Shown: positions 63,475-64,000 of the stretch, in pieces
How positions within the stretch are numbered: position 1 is the first letter of the stretch
How the letters are laid out: every line of letters starts with the position of its first letter
Assembly: GCF_021028975.2 (NCBI RefSeq)
Contig: NC_059426.1
Span: 110,732,001 to 110,796,000, forward strand
Source of the DNA: Sphaerodactylus townsendi
Taxonomy: Eukaryota
Reading direction: 5' to 3'
Length of the DNA: 64,000 nucleotides
Notes under the pieces: model-generated
What the model saw: the letters and a program-made list of their open reading frames with translations, nothing else
Told to the model about the DNA's origin: nothing
The model's database searches: none
Program-made: the position numbers and the translations under genes

Positions 63475-64000
63475 GTGCCAGTTCTTTTGAACTGTGCCAG
63501 TTCTCCTGCTCAAGGCACTTGTGGAATCATGAAAGAAACACAGACACTAGAAAACATTTTACATTGGTCTTTTCAAACTGAAAGATGGACATGGCTGCCT
63601 CTGACAGTCCACAAGCACTTTATCAATAATATATATGTTGAAACATTTCTCCTTGAGCTCCTTTTCAAAGATGTAACTCTCCATGGCTTCTCATTGTACC
63701 TTAAAATATACTTAATACTTAGGAATAAGTTTTCATGATAAAATAGATTACATTAACAGATAAATAGATTAGATTAATAAGAATGTTTACGTTTTGTGGA
63801 GGTTGTTTTTAGATGTATTAGGCATAAAGATATGGTTTGTTAGATTTGTTTGCATTTCTAAAATTTTCATTTTTTTTTCTGGTTGTATTCTACCACAGTA
63901 GATAGTGTTGTTTTTAGGGAAGAGCACACTTGCATGGCAGCAGTAAGGAATACAGATCTGGGAATAGAAATTGGCTTGGTATGCAGGTAAAACTGCAGAA

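Overview
Vertebrate genomic DNA, most likely squamate (probably gecko, judged from MIR/Ther1-like SINEs and the L2/CR1/Penelope/DIRS mix). I could not identify any host protein-coding exon with confidence, so the window reads as intergenic or intronic. It contains layered transposon insertions from nearly every major class: a Gypsy/sushi-like gag split by an RTE-X-like LINE (16-bp TSD), CR1 and L2 LINEs, a DIRS tyrosine-recombinase element with its ITRs and ICR, a SCAN-domain Gmr1-like Gypsy element, a solo LTR, Penelope pieces (one a hairpin with a decayed hammerhead ribozyme), non-autonomous Helitrons, hAT and PIF/Harbinger MITEs with TSDs, a hAT transposase fossil, and tRNA- and 5S-derived SINEs. 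All coding remnants are disrupted. Family names come from motif recognition and recall, not from database searches. I found no clearly new biological system; the best leads are listed as findings.
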